Shown one piece after another: positions 36,571-49,781 of a stretch of DNA of 64,000 nt. The DNA lies in contig OZ360243.1 of NCBI GenBank assembly GCA_977017645.1, positions 6,634,001 to 6,698,000 of the forward strand, in the 5' to 3' direction. The notes beneath the pieces are model-generated. The model was not told where the DNA came from. It was given only the letters and a program-made list of their open reading frames with translations, and did not search any database. A program made the position numbers and the translations under genes. This DNA comes from Torpedo marmorata (lineage: Eukaryota). How positions within the stretch are numbered: position 1 is the stretch's first letter; the number at the start of each line of letters is the position of its first letter.

Positions 36571-38185
36571 TATTTTTATCTGTCTTGCATATAAACAACT
36601 CCAGCCCCTTCAAACATAGCTGAGCCAGTTCTGTTCTTGAAGTGGTCACACAAGCCTGTAAATTATGTGAAATTATTAAAAATAGTAATGGGAATAAAGA
36701 TGGATGACCAGATTACTACCTGGACATGAAATGGGGAAGTAATGAAGTATATCATGCATCTCCCTTCTTTCCAACATTTGGGGATTGCTATATAATCACA
36801 CTCTTAGAATCTGACATTGTCACTCCCAGATTCCTCCAGCACTATCCCTGCACTTGTTCCATTCCACTGCAAGGCACCCCACTAAAGTCAGCTGGTGGTG
36901 GGGAAATGTGGAAATTGTAAGCTGTTAACATGGGTAGCAGTTGAGGATAATGGTTCCAGCACTCCTCAATGTTAACTTTGGCTTTGAGTGGAACATGAGC
37001 AAGGAAACTTCCTGTTGATTAGCACCTTGCATTCTCTTTCAATTGATGAGTCAGTGTGATTATGGTGGACTGTTTCCTGATAAATTGAGGGAATAGCAAG
37101 GGTGCAGCCTATTATATGATTACAGTATTCTGTCCAACATCTGAAGTGGACGATGCAGGTCAGTGGGACGAGGCAGAAAAATGGTTCGGCACAGACTAAA
37201 AGGGCCGAAAGGGCCTGTTTCTGTGCTGTAATGTTCTAGATTCTATGGCTTGTAGTCATAAAAGCCACAGCTTCCAAACTGAACGTAATAAGTGGTGAGA
37301 GAATCAATGGGAGGCAGTGATAGGGTGACTTCATTTTCATGTATGACTAATTTTTATTAGTAATAATCACTGCAAAATTCTTGTGATAAGCAACTCCCAT
37401 CCTCCAACTGAGGATACCTTTTCATCTTGTGTAACATTAAAAACTTCCTATGTGGTGTAAATTAAGAGCACATTTGGCAAAATAAAACTGACCATCCATT
37501 GAGATCCTGTGGGCTGTCGACAGCAGAAAACAATCTGTCCATGCTCCTCTATCACCTTCAAAGTGGGTGACCAATCCTGCTTCAATGCAGAGTGTAGAAG
37601 AGCATGATCATCCCTGTTTAAGATGCTAACCTGGTAACATTGAACACAATGGGTGTTGTGGATTGAGCAGTCTGCATCAGAACTAACTGATGGGTCAACC
37701 TGAAGGGAAATAATACTACATTCAAATGTTTCTTCCAATTCACATATGGATGTGTCACAAGATCAAAATCCTGGAACCCAAGTAATACATTATGAGAGTG
37801 TTGACATGTAATGGACTCAAATCCAATTAAAATAATTACCGGAAATTTGAAATTTGAAAAGAAGGCTAGAAACACTCAGGTCAGTAAGCATCTATCAAAA
37901 GAGAAATGGAGTTAATGTTTTAGGACAAAGACCCCTTGTTAGAACCCCCATCTCACAATAGTGTTTTGCATTTGAAAATATCTTTGGCTCAATTACAACA
38001 TGTTTGCAAGATTGGCTCCATCTATGTCAGAAAACTCACTACCATCATCTTGCACTAAATAGGGATTGGGGATATATGGTAGCAGTAAATGACTGTCTGG
38101 AAAGCTCAGGACAACAATGGAATGGGATATGTAATTTGTTGTATCAGAGAAATTAGTTATGAAGAAACACAAGAAACCACACATT

Positions 38186-38430
38186 TTAAATTTAAATTTT
38201 TTTAAATTTAGACATACAGGCCATTTCGGCCCACGAGTCTGTGCTGCCCAATTGATCTACAATCCCCGGTACATTTCGAACGGTGGGAGGAAACCGGAGC
38301 CCCTGGGGAAAGCCCACGCAGACACAAGGAGAACGTACAAACTCCTTACAGACAGCGTGGGATTTGAACCCTGTTCCTGATCGCTGGCGCTGTAAAGGCG
38401 TTCCGCTAACCGCTACGCCAGCCGTGCCGC
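38186..38430 (-). mobile_element. V-SINE (HE1-like)
   Basis: Complete head, V-domain and tail. Confidence 0.88.
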
Positions 38431-38894
38431 TGGAATCTTGAGCAAACAATGAAAAGCTGGAGGGGCTGAACAGGTCATGGCAGCATCCGTGGAAAGAAAT
38501 GGACAGCCGACTCTCAAAAAGGGTCCCAACCTGAAACATCGTCTCTCCGTGGATGCTGCCTGGCCTGCTGACTCCCTCCAGCTTCTTGTTTGCAACTGAG
38601 TTAGGAAGTAGTAGAAAATTGAGTTACTGCGATGTAGATTATAAGAGTCCTAGATGACTCGGTGTCCACAATGCAGGGGAGTTTAACATATTACTTCTAC
38701 TTGAACTTCAAGAGTAGGACAACTGGCAGAAAAAATGAGTGCAAGCTTAGGAAAAATGTCAGAGTACGAAGACATTTGTGTAGAGTAGAAGACTCAATAA
38801 ATGCTATTCAGAGAACTACGCTGTGGTGTTTTGAGTCAGTTGGTTCCTTGGGATTCCTCCAGATTGAATTAATAAAATGTTCATTGATATTGCA

Positions 38895-39550
38895 ATATGC
38901 AAACTTGCCAGGAGTAAGCACATTGAGGCAACCATGAACAATGCACATCAGCACCTCTACTTTCTGAGGAGACTGAGGAGATTTGGCATGTCATCAAATA
39001 CTCTATTAAACCTCAATGTGTGCACTGTGGAAAGTATACTGGCTGGTTGCATCACAACCTGGTTTGGGAATTCGAATGCCCAAGAAAACAGAAGGTTCAA
39101 TCACGTAGCAAACATAGCCAGGCCCATCACAGGCTTCGGCCTCACATCCATCTGAATTACTGCCTCAAGAAGGCAGCCAACGTCATAAAGGACCCCCATC
39201 ACCCTGGTCACAACCTCTTCGCACTGCTACCTTTGGGCAGAAGGTACAGAAGCCTGAAAACCAGCCCCTCTAGGTTCAAGAACTGTTTCTTTCAAACAGC
39301 TATCAGGCTTTTGAATCTTTCCTTGTTCTACTATCATGGACTGCTTCCACACCACAAAAGGACTGTACACATTTGCAGTTGTTTTTTTTTGCACTCTGAT
39401 GACTGAATATTATTTAGGTTTGTATTGTCTTTTTATTTCAACTATGTATACTATTCGTTTTTGTAAACAAAGTACCTTTTTGGCTTCTGCAAATAAGAAT
39501 TTCTGTGCATATGTGCATTGTAAAATGTACATAACAATAAACTCATTATC
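38895..39550 (+). mobile_element. Rex1 LINE 3' fragment
   Basis: [42 protein letters not shown]. Confidence 0.85.
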
Positions 39551-40211
39551 ATTGCTTGATGTATTCACAATAATTACCGGTATTTACATTTAATTTCCAT
39601 ATTTTATTAATAGGATTCAAGCCTCATTTTTGTGCATTAATGAAACAATTGTGCTTTTCATTTGGAAAATTACTTTGGTTAAATAAAAAAATTTGCCATA
39701 AATTCCGTTTGCCAATGGAGCTTTGGTTAATTTTGTTCCTTTGCGATCCAACTGGATAAAAGTTTAAAAATAAGTTACTGAAGAAACAAGTTGCTTTACA
39801 TCCTCAGTCATATTGACTAAAAAACATTTTGTGTTCATTATCTCATTACATTGTTCTAATTCATTAATGCTTTTTTTAAATTTTGCCCTTCAATATCACC
39901 GTACTAAGTGGCCAATTCAGATGCAGTTATGAACAGACTATAAATGCTGGCCATTCACTGCTACACACGTTCCATGGGTGAATGTATTGACAATGATTTG
40001 GGATGTTCTGCGGTTGTGAATGGTGCACATCCTCTTTATGCTCGCTTATTATTGGGAAGACAAAATGATGTTACCTTTGTTTAAGAATCAGGACTCGGTA
40101 CATCCAGAAACTGCAGATCTTAGTTGCTGCATGTTTCTTCACTTGATGGGCATTCTATAATTTTCTTTGACTCTTAATTATCCGTTAGATAAATCTGTGT
40201 ATTTCCTTTAG

Positions 40212-40290
40212 GACATGCCCTTGAATAATCTGAATGGCAAACAGTATGGAGGAATTGGCACAGCAGATTGCTGAGGGTCAAATGGGTGAG
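40212..40290 (+). other. Candidate host exon
   Basis: tttcctttag acceptor; donor at 40286 (gtgagg) or 40291 (gtatgc); in apparently unique sequence. Confidence 0.25.
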
Positions 40291-40476
40291 GTATGCTTAT
40301 GGGAATCAGTTTGCTAAATTTGGTCATTGAGTGCATTTCATTGCATTATTGGGAATCTAGTGTCTCTTCACCCAACCTCTGCATCCCACCCCCATTGTGC
40401 AAGAGAAAAAGATAAGTTGCTATGAAGAGAATGCCTGCCACCCAACCAGTGTTTGCATGAAGATATCTAACTAGAT

Positions 40477-41035
40477 CAGGGGTCCCCAAACTTTTTAGAC
40501 CATCGACCCCTTCATGGAATCCTTGATCCCTCATAGAACCCCAGGCATGTACAAAAAAAATAAATAAATAAAAATAATTAAGTAGATTTTCGTTACATAC
40601 TTGAAAATAAACTAAGGCTTTACAACAAGCTTTACAGCAAGCAAGTGATTACAATAACAGTAAAAAAAAAAACAACCTTTGCTTCTGGCCAGGAAGATGC
40701 CAAACGGAGCTGGGTCCAAGTCTTCAGCATCGTCTGCAGCCGGCGACGGCGACTCCATTCTCAACATCGGGTGCGGTGACTTCCTCATCGAAGAAGTCGC
40801 CTCGGGCTCCCGGCAGGAGCGGAGCGGGGACCTCGGGCTACCGGCAGGAGCGGAGCGGGGACCTCGGGCTACCGGCAGGAGCAGAGCAGGGACCTCGGGC
40901 TCCCGGGCAGGAGCGGGGACCTCGGGCTCTACAATTCTTTCGACCCCAAAAGTTCAATCAACCCCCTGCCGTTTATCGACCCCCTGACATTTTCCGACCC
41001 ACAGGGGTCGATATCGACCACTTTGGAGACCTCTA
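40477..41035. mobile_element. hAT (Charlie-like) MITE
   Basis: TIR CAGGGGTCCCCAAA / TTTGGAGACCTCTA; 8-bp TSD AACTAGAT/AGCTAGAT. Confidence 0.85.
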
Positions 41036-42049
41036 AGCTAGATGCTACACAATTTAAAGGTTTTCTATCTTTAGGTTTGCATATCTAGCAGGTAAAACAG
41101 ACTATGGTGCAAATAAAATAAAGCTTGTCTGCTGAAATAGAGTTATCAAAAACCATTTATGAATTGCTGGATCAAATGACCTTGAGTGTACTGGTGATCT
41201 AAGTGTAAATTATTTAAGTGGTAGCAAGCAACTGCAGTTATAAGCAATTTGTGAATGTCAATCAAAGTTTAATTTAAAGCGAGCTTCAAGTGATGAATGT
41301 TGACAAACTATCAAACTGTTAATTTATAGTTTTATGGTAAAATGTTCCTGGTCTTGAAAGACATTTTAGGAATTCTTACTTAAAGCAAAGTAGCCAGACT
41401 GGTTCAAAACCTATTAGGTTAATGTATCACAAAAAACAATGTTGAACTGGAACAAGTTAAAAGTAATTTATTGTTTGTACAGTATTTTCATAGATGATAG
41501 TAATTTGACAATGCATATTTTTAAAACTGGAATTATAATTTTAGACTTCTAATTGTGGACATACTCCTGGAAATTTGTCCTGTTTGGTTATGATGTGTGT
41601 ATAACTCACAAGGAATTGTTTTACTCCTGTGATTTGATTCCATTGAAATCATTCCAGCAGAGTAAAATGCCCAACTGTAACTTGGGGCAAATTTACTGAG
41701 CACAAATTTTTGTGCCATTTATTCTTTGGTTCAGAACTATCCTTCATTGAGAAGAAAACTTGCTCAGTATCTTTAGAAGAAATGTAATGTTATCTAGAGA
41801 AGCCTGCTGCAATGATAAGGTTTATTGGACTTGATGTCAGCAACCAGGAAATTGGACACCACCAGGCAATTCTTAAGACTATGAACAAGCAAATTTATTT
41901 TATAATTATTAGATAATGAATTAGTACTCTTAAAATTAGAACAACAAACATAACATATTCCCCTTAATATGGCTTTTGATTCTTCAATTCTAGTATAACT
42001 GTTTGTATGCTGGCTTTAGACCAATTTACCAGAGGCTAAATTGACCTTG

Positions 42050-42180
42050 GTTTCATCATACCTTGATGAAGGGCTCAAGCCCGAAACTTTGGATATATAT
42101 CTTTATAAAGTACCTGCTGAGTTTCTCAAGCACTTTTTTTTACTTCAGTCGCGGTGTCTGCAGACTTTCGTGTTTTACTC
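42050..42180 (+). mobile_element. Penelope pLTR fragment with hammerhead-like motif
   Basis: ttgatgaagggctcaagcccgaaac identical to 8080-8104. Confidence 0.8.
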
Positions 42181-42376
42181 TAAGTTGACCTCGATCTACC
42201 ATTCAAAATCTTTGGGTGATATATGAGAAGAAAGTACATTGAAAGAATATTCAGTGGGCAGTGATTTTATCTGTTACACAGGATGTTTTAATTGATTGTA
42301 ATGGATTAAATCATGGATCTGTGCCAAACATTTTGACCTTTTTAGATGGATTCCTGACCAAGTGCAATGGTTTAGG

Positions 42377-43330
42377 TCGGCACAGTTAGCATAGTGGTTA
42401 GTGAAATACTATTGCAGTGGTGGTGACCTGGGCTCAAATCCGGCACTGTCTGTAAGGAGTTTGTATGTTCTACCCCTGTCTGCATGGGTTTAAAAGGTTC
42501 ACATAGTAATTAAAAATGTAATACACATGATATACTTCAACTTTTGACTGCCCTAAGGCAAACAAAGAGTCGCCATGAGCATTGCCCAGCACCCCTAACA
42601 ATAGGAGAAAGAGAGTCCCTTCAGAGACACTGAGTGTCCGTGCATTCACCTCCAGTGCTCCTGCAGCCACACAGATTCCGGTTCAAACCATCAGCAACCC
42701 GAGCTCCAGAACCAAACTTCTGATACGATCATGAAGCTTCCGCGCCTGAGATCCTTCTGGAGCCCTTTTGGCCCTCAGCACCCTCTCGAATCCTGGTTCT
42801 GATACCTGGTTCCCATAAGCCAGTCGCCATCAGCCCGCAGCCTGTGTGGGTCTTTGAGCCGCTGAGCCCCTCGCTGATCTGCTGCCGTGGTCACTGTCGT
42901 GTAGGGTCATCTATGCTTCTCCTTGTCATTGGGGGGGGTGTTCTCCCCATTTCTGGTGCCATGCACTGGTCCGCTGCTGCCCTGGAGTCTGCAACTCCTC
43001 TTGGTACACTGCCCAGCACAGGCACCACCATCTTGGGCACAGGCCCCGTGGTTGCATGATTTATTTTTAAAAAACCCTGTCGGCTCCATTAACAGGCCTT
43101 TTAAAGCCTATCAGCATTAGGTCCAGGCGGGAAGACCCTGCGGAGCAGCGCTGTGTCTCCGCTCCCCTGGGTCCGCACCAGTGGCAGTGCTGCCGCTACA
43201 GCAGCTCTGGCTGCTCCGGTTTCCTCCCACCCTTCAAAAATATATGGGGATTGTAGGTTAATTGGTGTATTTGGGGGGCACAGGCTCGTTAGACCGGAAG
43301 GGCCCGTTACTGTGCTGCATATCTAAATTT
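42377..43330 (+). mobile_element. V-SINE split into 42377-42491 and 43212-43330
   Basis: Head and V-domain/tail halves are colinear with intact copies. Confidence 0.8.
42492..43211 (-). mobile_element. Longest copy of the non-coding LINE-tailed repeat family
   Basis: Interrupts the SINE; homologous to 4314-4650 and 51165-51520. Confidence 0.7.
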
Positions 43331-43973
43331 TGTGATAAATTATATTTTGATACCTTGGGTTACACCTATATTGTGAGTAGTAAATTAGCGGTTTTAATAA
43401 ATCATCAGCGGGATACCTCGTGTATAAATTTATTAATGAGATTGGACCCATAATTTCATCAAGCCAAAACTATTAATGGAACAGAAAATATAATATCTAA
43501 TGCTGTTGGATGAAGTGTTTACCTGGGGCACCTCTATCTTATCCTCAACATTTGAAATTTGGGGAATATAAATAGCTGTTAGATAGAATCAAGGTATTTT
43601 GGGAAAACCTTGCTGGAATATGCAATCTAAAAATATGAATAAATATAGATTGATGTTGTAACCTGTTTTGTAAAGTACTGAGAGATTAATCTAATCCAAA
43701 ATACAATTTGTATGATAGATAATTAACTTTAACCTGTGAACACTGGAACCAACAAGGAGGAATTCTGTAACTAAACTACTGTGGACATCATGCTTTATGT
43801 TCCTCACATTCTCTTCCACCCACTTATAATTTATCCAATTAATTCTTTATTTGGTCCCAATCTTGGATACAACTACTCTTTAAAGTCTATATCTTAAGTT
43901 CTATGCTCCTGAGGACTCGGACATCTTCAAAGTTTGGTTACATTGAGATTATCTTTGATTATCTTATTGATAT

Positions 43974-44836
43974 TGTTACAGAATCAAACCAGCAACGACA
44001 GAAGACGCAATGCAAAAGGGGTACAAATTGAAATTATTATTTATTAAACACAAGTAAACATATAATTTCATAACAATTAACCCCACTATAAACGTCTATA
44101 AACTCTATTCTTATTCAAAAGGTGTATGTGTGTGTGTGTGTAAAGCCCAGACCATTACAGTCTGTGCCCAACCCTTATGAAAAAAATGGAAAAACTTTCC
44201 CCAAAAACCCCAGGTCAGTCATAAAAACAAGTCAGTCAAAAAAAAGATAAACAGTCTACAAATTTACTCTCTAAGTTCAGGCTTCAACTTTTCCTCTGGG
44301 TCTGGTAGAAGTACTTCTGAATGAACGTTGGAGAGAGACAAATGACTGATTATGCTTACAAATACTTGTTTTCTTCTCTGATGACGTCCCCTTCTTGTAG
44401 GTTCATAAGGATTGCAAGTTCCAGATCCGTATATCTCTGATTTAGGCGTATGCTTGAATCTCACAGCTAGTCTTGCTGATCTCACGCCTGTTCAACACCG
44501 AAGTTGCTTTCCTCTCAGAATTTCTCTCTGAGACAGGAGGCCATGTGCTATTCTGTCAGTCTTTTTCTGACTTTTGCACACAAGACTGGATCTGGCTGTT
44601 CTGTAGCCTTGCAACTCACAACTGTCTGCTTTGCAGAGATCTGCCCCTGCTTTTTGCAAAAGTGCAACAATGTATCTATTCCACAGTCTGTCTGTCTCTC
44701 TCTCTCTCTCTCTCTGGGTACACCAAGTCCTGGGGAAGTTAACTTTTTCAGTACCTGGCCCCAGTGTTTCCTCCAAAAGAATTCATCCTTCCTGCTGACC
44801 GTCCACAGTCCAAATGGTCAGTCATGGTCCATAACA
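43974..44836 (-). repeat. 3' LTR
   Basis: Appears identical to the 5' LTR except (GT)n and (CT)n lengths. Confidence 0.95.
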
Positions 44837-44968
44837 CTTCCCTCCCTCAAAGGAAATTTTGGTCTGCAAGAACAAAATTTAGGAAAGTAAGTGAGGTGTC
44901 AGAATATAAACAAAATCTACAATGTTCATCCACAAATACAAAATATGAACTATTTTCATTAATAAAGT

Positions 44969-47900
44969 TTAACATCTAGAAAGACAATCAGCAATTACAT
45001 TATCTCTCCCTTTTATATGAGTGATTACCAAATTATATTCTTGCAAAATTAGACTCCAATTCAACAACCGTCGATTCTTATTTTTCATTTTACAAAGAAA
45101 AACCAATGGATTATGGTCAGTATACACTATGAGTGGTTTTTGAGCTGTACAGATATACACATCAAAATGTTGTAGAGCCAATACAAGAGCCAACAACTCT
45201 TTCTCTATAGTTGAATAATTCCTTTGATGATCATTGAACTTCTTTGAGAAGTAGGATACCGGATGTTCAATGTCCTCTTCGTTCTTCTTCTGTAACAGCA
45301 CCGCACCCACAGCTTCATCGCTCGCATCCACGGCTAAAGAAAACGACTGTTCTAAATTAGGTGACTTAAGCACAGGTTGGTGGCATAACATGGCTTTCAA
45401 TTTGACAAATGCTTCCTGACAACCTGTAGACCATACAAATTTCTCTTTCTTTCTAAGCAAATTTGTGAGAGGGAGCGCAAGATCAGCAAAGTTTTTACAG
45501 AACTTGCGGTAGTAGCCAATCATTCCCAGGAACCTCCTCAGAGTTTTCTTACCAGTTGGAACAGGGAACTCGGAAATAGCGACAACCTTGGCCTCTACTG
45601 GCGCCAAATTCCCCTGTCCTACAACATAATCCCGAGAATTAACAGTACCATTACCCTCTCTGAAACTGGTTTTATCTGTCTCCTCCTTACCCCTGTCAAT
45701 AACCAGTACCTCTGGTAAATGTTCAGTCCCTTTGTGTGGCACCTGTTCAAAATATGGCTTTATCATATTCACATGACAGACCTGTGTGTCTCGTCTGTGA
45801 TTAGGTGTTTCTATGATATAGGTGACCTCATTAATTTTTGACTTAACTCTATAGGGTCCTGAAAATCTAGCCCTAAGAGGATTTGAATGGATGGGAAACA
45901 AAACTAATACGTTCTCACCAGGTTTAAAAGTTCTCATCTTCGCCTTTCGATCATACCAAACCTTCATTTTCTGTTGAGTGGCCTTCAAATTCTCCTTTGC
46001 CATCTCACAAGCCCTATGTAATCGATCCTTAAATTTGGAAACATAATCTAACAGATTTAAATGCACATCACGATTAATCCACTGTTCTTTTAATAATCTT
46101 AAAGGACCTCTCACCTCATGTCCGAAAACTAACTCAAATGGACTAAAACCAAGCGAATCTTGGACAGACTCCCTCGCTGCAAATAACAACAAATGAACCC
46201 CCTCATCCCAATCCTTTTCCTTCTCACAACAATAGGTTCTAATCATGGTTTTCAAAGTCGAATGGAACCTCTCCAAGGCCCCTTGACTTTCTGGATGGTA
46301 CGCAGAGGATACAATCTGTTTAACTCCTAGTCCATCAACCACTTGTTGGAAAACGCCTGACATGAAATTACTGCCCTGATCTGATTGAATTTCCCTTGGC
46401 AAACCTACCAAGGTGAAAAACTTTACCATAGCCTTTACAATTGACTTTGCTTTTATGTTTCTCAGAGGAATGGCCTCTGGAAATCTGGTGGCTGCACACA
46501 TAATTGTTAACAAATACTCATTCCCTGCCTTGGTTTTGGGCAATGGGCCAACACAGTCCACAATTACTCTCGAGAAAGGCTCACTGAAAGCAGGGATAGG
46601 TTGCAAGGGTGCCACCGGGGGACCCTGATTAGGTTTACCCACTACCTGACAAGTGTGACAGGCCCGGCAAAAGCTTACAACCTCCCTTCTCAAACTGGGC
46701 CAATAAAACTGTTTCATTATCTTACTTATAGTTTTCTTCACCCCAAGATGACCACCTAAGGGTGTACTATGAGCCAAAGTTATTATTTCATCCCTATATA
46801 CTTTAGGGATCACAACCTGCTGCACTACTGCCCATTCTTCATTTGCAGGAACATCACGTGGTCTCCACTGTCTCATCAACACCCCATCTTTTTCATAATA
46901 CCCTACTGGCACCTTTTTAATCTCCTCTTCAGAGAGAACCTTATCCCTCACCTCAGCAAGATCCGGATCGTCCTTTTGCCTTGCTATTAACTCCTGTCGG
47001 GATAGTGACAAATCTGTGCCTTTAGGTGTCTTATCAGTGGATGGGTGTAACATAGGAGATTGCTCAACCTTTTCCAGGTTTTCTTGATTATCAGTTTCTT
47101 TTTCTTTCACTAAGTTATTTTCCACTGCCTTCTCCACAGTGACATTTTTCTTAGACATGGCCCTGGTTATGGCACATGCCGGATAAATATCAGAGTCTTT
47201 CTCTGACTTATCAATGACTGGCTTAGTGGTCATTCGCACTGCAGGAACTACTTTACCCTTGGCCAAGTCATTGCCTAACAACAGTGAGACTCCTTCTACT
47301 GGCAACTCTGATCTCACTCCTATTATAACTGGTCCTTCCACCAAGTCTGAGTTCAATACTATTTTGTGCAAAGGAATGGACTCAACTTCACCACCAATTC
47401 CTTTTATTAAATTTATGTCACCGGTGTCAGTAGCTTCACAAAATTCCAAGACACTATCTAACACAAGTGACTGAGCAGCTCCAGTATCTCTCAAGATTTT
47501 CACTGGCACTGGTTTTGATCCTGCATTAACTGAAACAAAACCATCAGTCACAAAAGGTTTAAATACATCTTTAACTTGGTCAGTAAATTTACCTCCTTCC
47601 TGGGTGTTATGCATCTTCTCACTCTGAATACAAGCATTAGGTGTTGCATCCTTTTCTCTCTTCTTTTTCAACACTGGACAGCTTGCTATCATATGACCTT
47701 CCTTCCTACAGTAGTGGCAAATGGGACCCGAATTGTTTTCCCTTTTCCACTTTCCTTCATCCCTTTCCTTAACACCACTTCCAAATTTACTTTCCACTTG
47801 CTTCTGATTATCCACCGTGACCTTTTGGAAAATTCTACCTGACGTCCACTTAGGCTTGTGGGTTAAAGCATATCCATCTGCCAACTTAGCTGAATCTCGC

Positions 47901-48883
47901 CAAGTTTTCACCTCCTTTTCATCTAAGTATACCTTAATATCCTCAGGAACACACCTTTTAATCTCCTCGATTATTATCAATTCTCTCAATTGATTGTAAT
48001 CATTGTTTACTTCCTTAGATGTGCACCACCTGTCAAAACACACAACCTTTTCATAGGCAAACTCTGTATAAGATTGGGTTGCTGATCTTTTTAGATTTCT
48101 AAACTTCTGTCTATAAGCCTCTGGAACTAACTCATAAGCCTGGAGTATAGCCTTTTTCACCGTTTCATAATCAGCAGCTTGCTCCATGGTAAGAGTACAA
48201 TAAGCTTGCTGAGCTTTTCCTTTAATTACACTTTGTAACATAAGAGACCATTGGTCTTGTGGCCATTTTAGTTTCACAGCCACTTTCTCAAAATGTTGGA
48301 AGTACTTATCTATTTCTGCCTCCTCAAATGGAGGAACCAACCTAACTTCTCTACTAGCCAAAAACCCCTCAGCAGGATGACGAATTTGATCTTGGCGCTC
48401 TTCTTGTCTCCTCTCATTTTCCAACTTTATCTTTTCCAGCATATATATCCTATTTTTCTCCTCATTCTCTAAGTCTAATCTCTTCTGTTCCCTGGCTATC
48501 TCCAATTCTAATTTCCTCTGTTCCAATTCTAATTTCTTTTGTTCCAATTCCCTATTCTTTTGTTCCCTGTCTGCCTCCAATTCCCTGTTCTTTTGTTCCC
48601 TGTCTGCCTCCAATTCCCTGTTCTTTTGTTCCAATTCCAATTTCTTTATTTCCAATTGGATGTTTTCAGAAGGTTTACCCTTGGGAAACTGCTCTAACAT
48701 GCTCTCCTCAAATTTTTTTTCTTTTATATAGTATTTGACAATTTTTCTCCCAATCTCTGCCTTTTTCATAGATGGTTTTACAGAAGCAATGCCCAACTCT
48801 GTTGCTATAGCCACTAACTGTTCCTTTTTCGCCTTTTTTAAAGTATCAGGTTCAGGTGATTCCAAAAATTGTTCTACATCCAT
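44969..48883 (-). CDS. gag-pol: Gag-protease-integrase-RNase H polyprotein, 1304 aa, RT core deleted in frame
   Basis: CHYCRKEGHMIASC knuckle, LRDTGA protease, HHCC + DDE integrase, VDASD/EKE/TDH/ADCLSR RNase H; no YxDD. Confidence 0.93.
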   Translation of the reverse strand: MDVEQFLESPEPDTLKKAKKEQLVAIATELGIASVKPSMKKAEIGRKIVKYYIKEKKFEESMLEQFPKGKPSENIQLEIKKLELEQKNRELEADREQKNRELEADREQKNRELEQKKLELEQRKLELEIAREQKRLDLENEEKNRIYMLEKIKLENERRQEERQDQIRHPAEGFLASREVRLVPPFEEAEIDKYFQHFEKVAVKLKWPQDQWSLMLQSVIKGKAQQAYCTLTMEQAADYETVKKAILQAYELVPEAYRQKFRNLKRSATQSYTEFAYEKVVCFDRWCTSKEVNNDYNQLRELIIIEEIKRCVPEDIKVYLDEKEVKTWRDSAKLADGYALTHKPKWTSGRIFQKVTVDNQKQVESKFGSGVKERDEGKWKRENNSGPICHYCRKEGHMIASCPVLKKKREKDATPNACIQSEKMHNTQEGGKFTDQVKDVFKPFVTDGFVSVNAGSKPVPVKILRDTGAAQSLVLDSVLEFCEATDTGDINLIKGIGGEVESIPLHKIVLNSDLVEGPVIIGVRSELPVEGVSLLLGNDLAKGKVVPAVRMTTKPVIDKSEKDSDIYPACAITRAMSKKNVTVEKAVENNLVKEKETDNQENLEKVEQSPMLHPSTDKTPKGTDLSLSRQELIARQKDDPDLAEVRDKVLSEEEIKKVPVGYYEKDGVLMRQWRPRDVPANEEWAVVQQVVIPKVYRDEIITLAHSTPLGGHLGVKKTISKIMKQFYWPSLRREVVSFCRACHTCQVVGKPNQGPPVAPLQPIPAFSEPFSRVIVDCVGPLPKTKAGNEYLLTIMCAATRFPEAIPLRNIKAKSIVKAMVKFFTLVGLPREIQSDQGSNFMSGVFQQVVDGLGVKQIVSSAYHPESQGALERFHSTLKTMIRTYCCEKEKDWDEGVHLLLFAARESVQDSLGFSPFELVFGHEVRGPLRLLKEQWINRDVHLNLLDYVSKFKDRLHRACEMAKENLKATQQKMKVWYDRKAKMRTFKPGENVLVLFPIHSNPLRARFSGPYRVKSKINEVTYIIETPNHRRDTQVCHVNMIKPYFEQVPHKGTEHLPEVLVIDRGKEETDKTSFREGNGTVNSRDYVVGQGNLAPVEAKVVAISEFPVPTGKKTLRRFLGMIGYYRKFCKNFADLALPLTNLLRKKEKFVWSTGCQEAFVKLKAMLCHQPVLKSPNLEQSFSLAVDASDEAVGAVLLQKKNEEDIEHPVSYFSKKFNDHQRNYSTIEKELLALVLALQHFDVYICTAQKPLIVYTDHNPLVFLCKMKNKNRRLLNWSLILQEYNLVITHIKGRDNVIADCLSRC

Positions 48884-49035
48884 TGTTGCTGGTTTTTTTT
48901 TTTTTTTTTTTTTTTTTTGTTACACACACACTAGCTTTTAATTAGCTTTACCAAAAGGAATGCCTTAAACCAAACTGGGATTCCTTCAATTACCAAGATG
49001 GATTTTGATTCAAATCCCGCAGCGAGCCCCCAATT

Positions 49036-49747
49036 TGTTACAGAATCAAACCAGCAACGACAGAAGACGCAATGCAAAAGGGGTACAAATTGAAATTATT
49101 ATTTATTAAACACAAGTAAACATATAATTTCATAACAATTAACCCCACTATAAACGTCTATAAACTCTATTCTTATTCAAAAGGTGTATGTGTGTGTGTG
49201 TGTAAAGCCCAGACCATTACAGTCTGTGCCCAACCCTTATGAAAAAAATGGAAAAACTTTCCCCAAAAACCCCAGGTCAGTCATAAAAACAAGTCAGTCA
49301 AAAAAAAGATAAACAGTCTACAAATTTACTCTCTAAGTTCAGGCTTCAACTTTTCCTCTGGGTCTGGTAGAAGTACTTCTGAATGAACGTTGGAGAGAGA
49401 CAAATGACTGATTATGCTTACAAATACTTGTTTTCTTCTCTGATGACGTCCCCTTCTTGTAGGTTCATAAGGATTGCAAGTTCCAGATCCGTATATCTCT
49501 GATTTAGGCGTATGCTTGAATCTCACAGCTAGTCTTGCTGATCTCACGCCTGTTCAACACCGAAGTTGCTTTCCTCTCAGAATTTCTCTCTGAGACAGGA
49601 GGCCATGTGCTATTCTGTCAGTCTTTTTCTGACTTTTGCACACAAGACTGGATCTGGCTGTTCTGTAGCCTTGCAACTCACAACTGTCTGCTTTGCAGAG
49701 ATCTGCCCCTGCTTTTTGCAAAAGTGCAACAATGTATCTATTCCACA

Positions 49748-49781
<34 letters not shown>

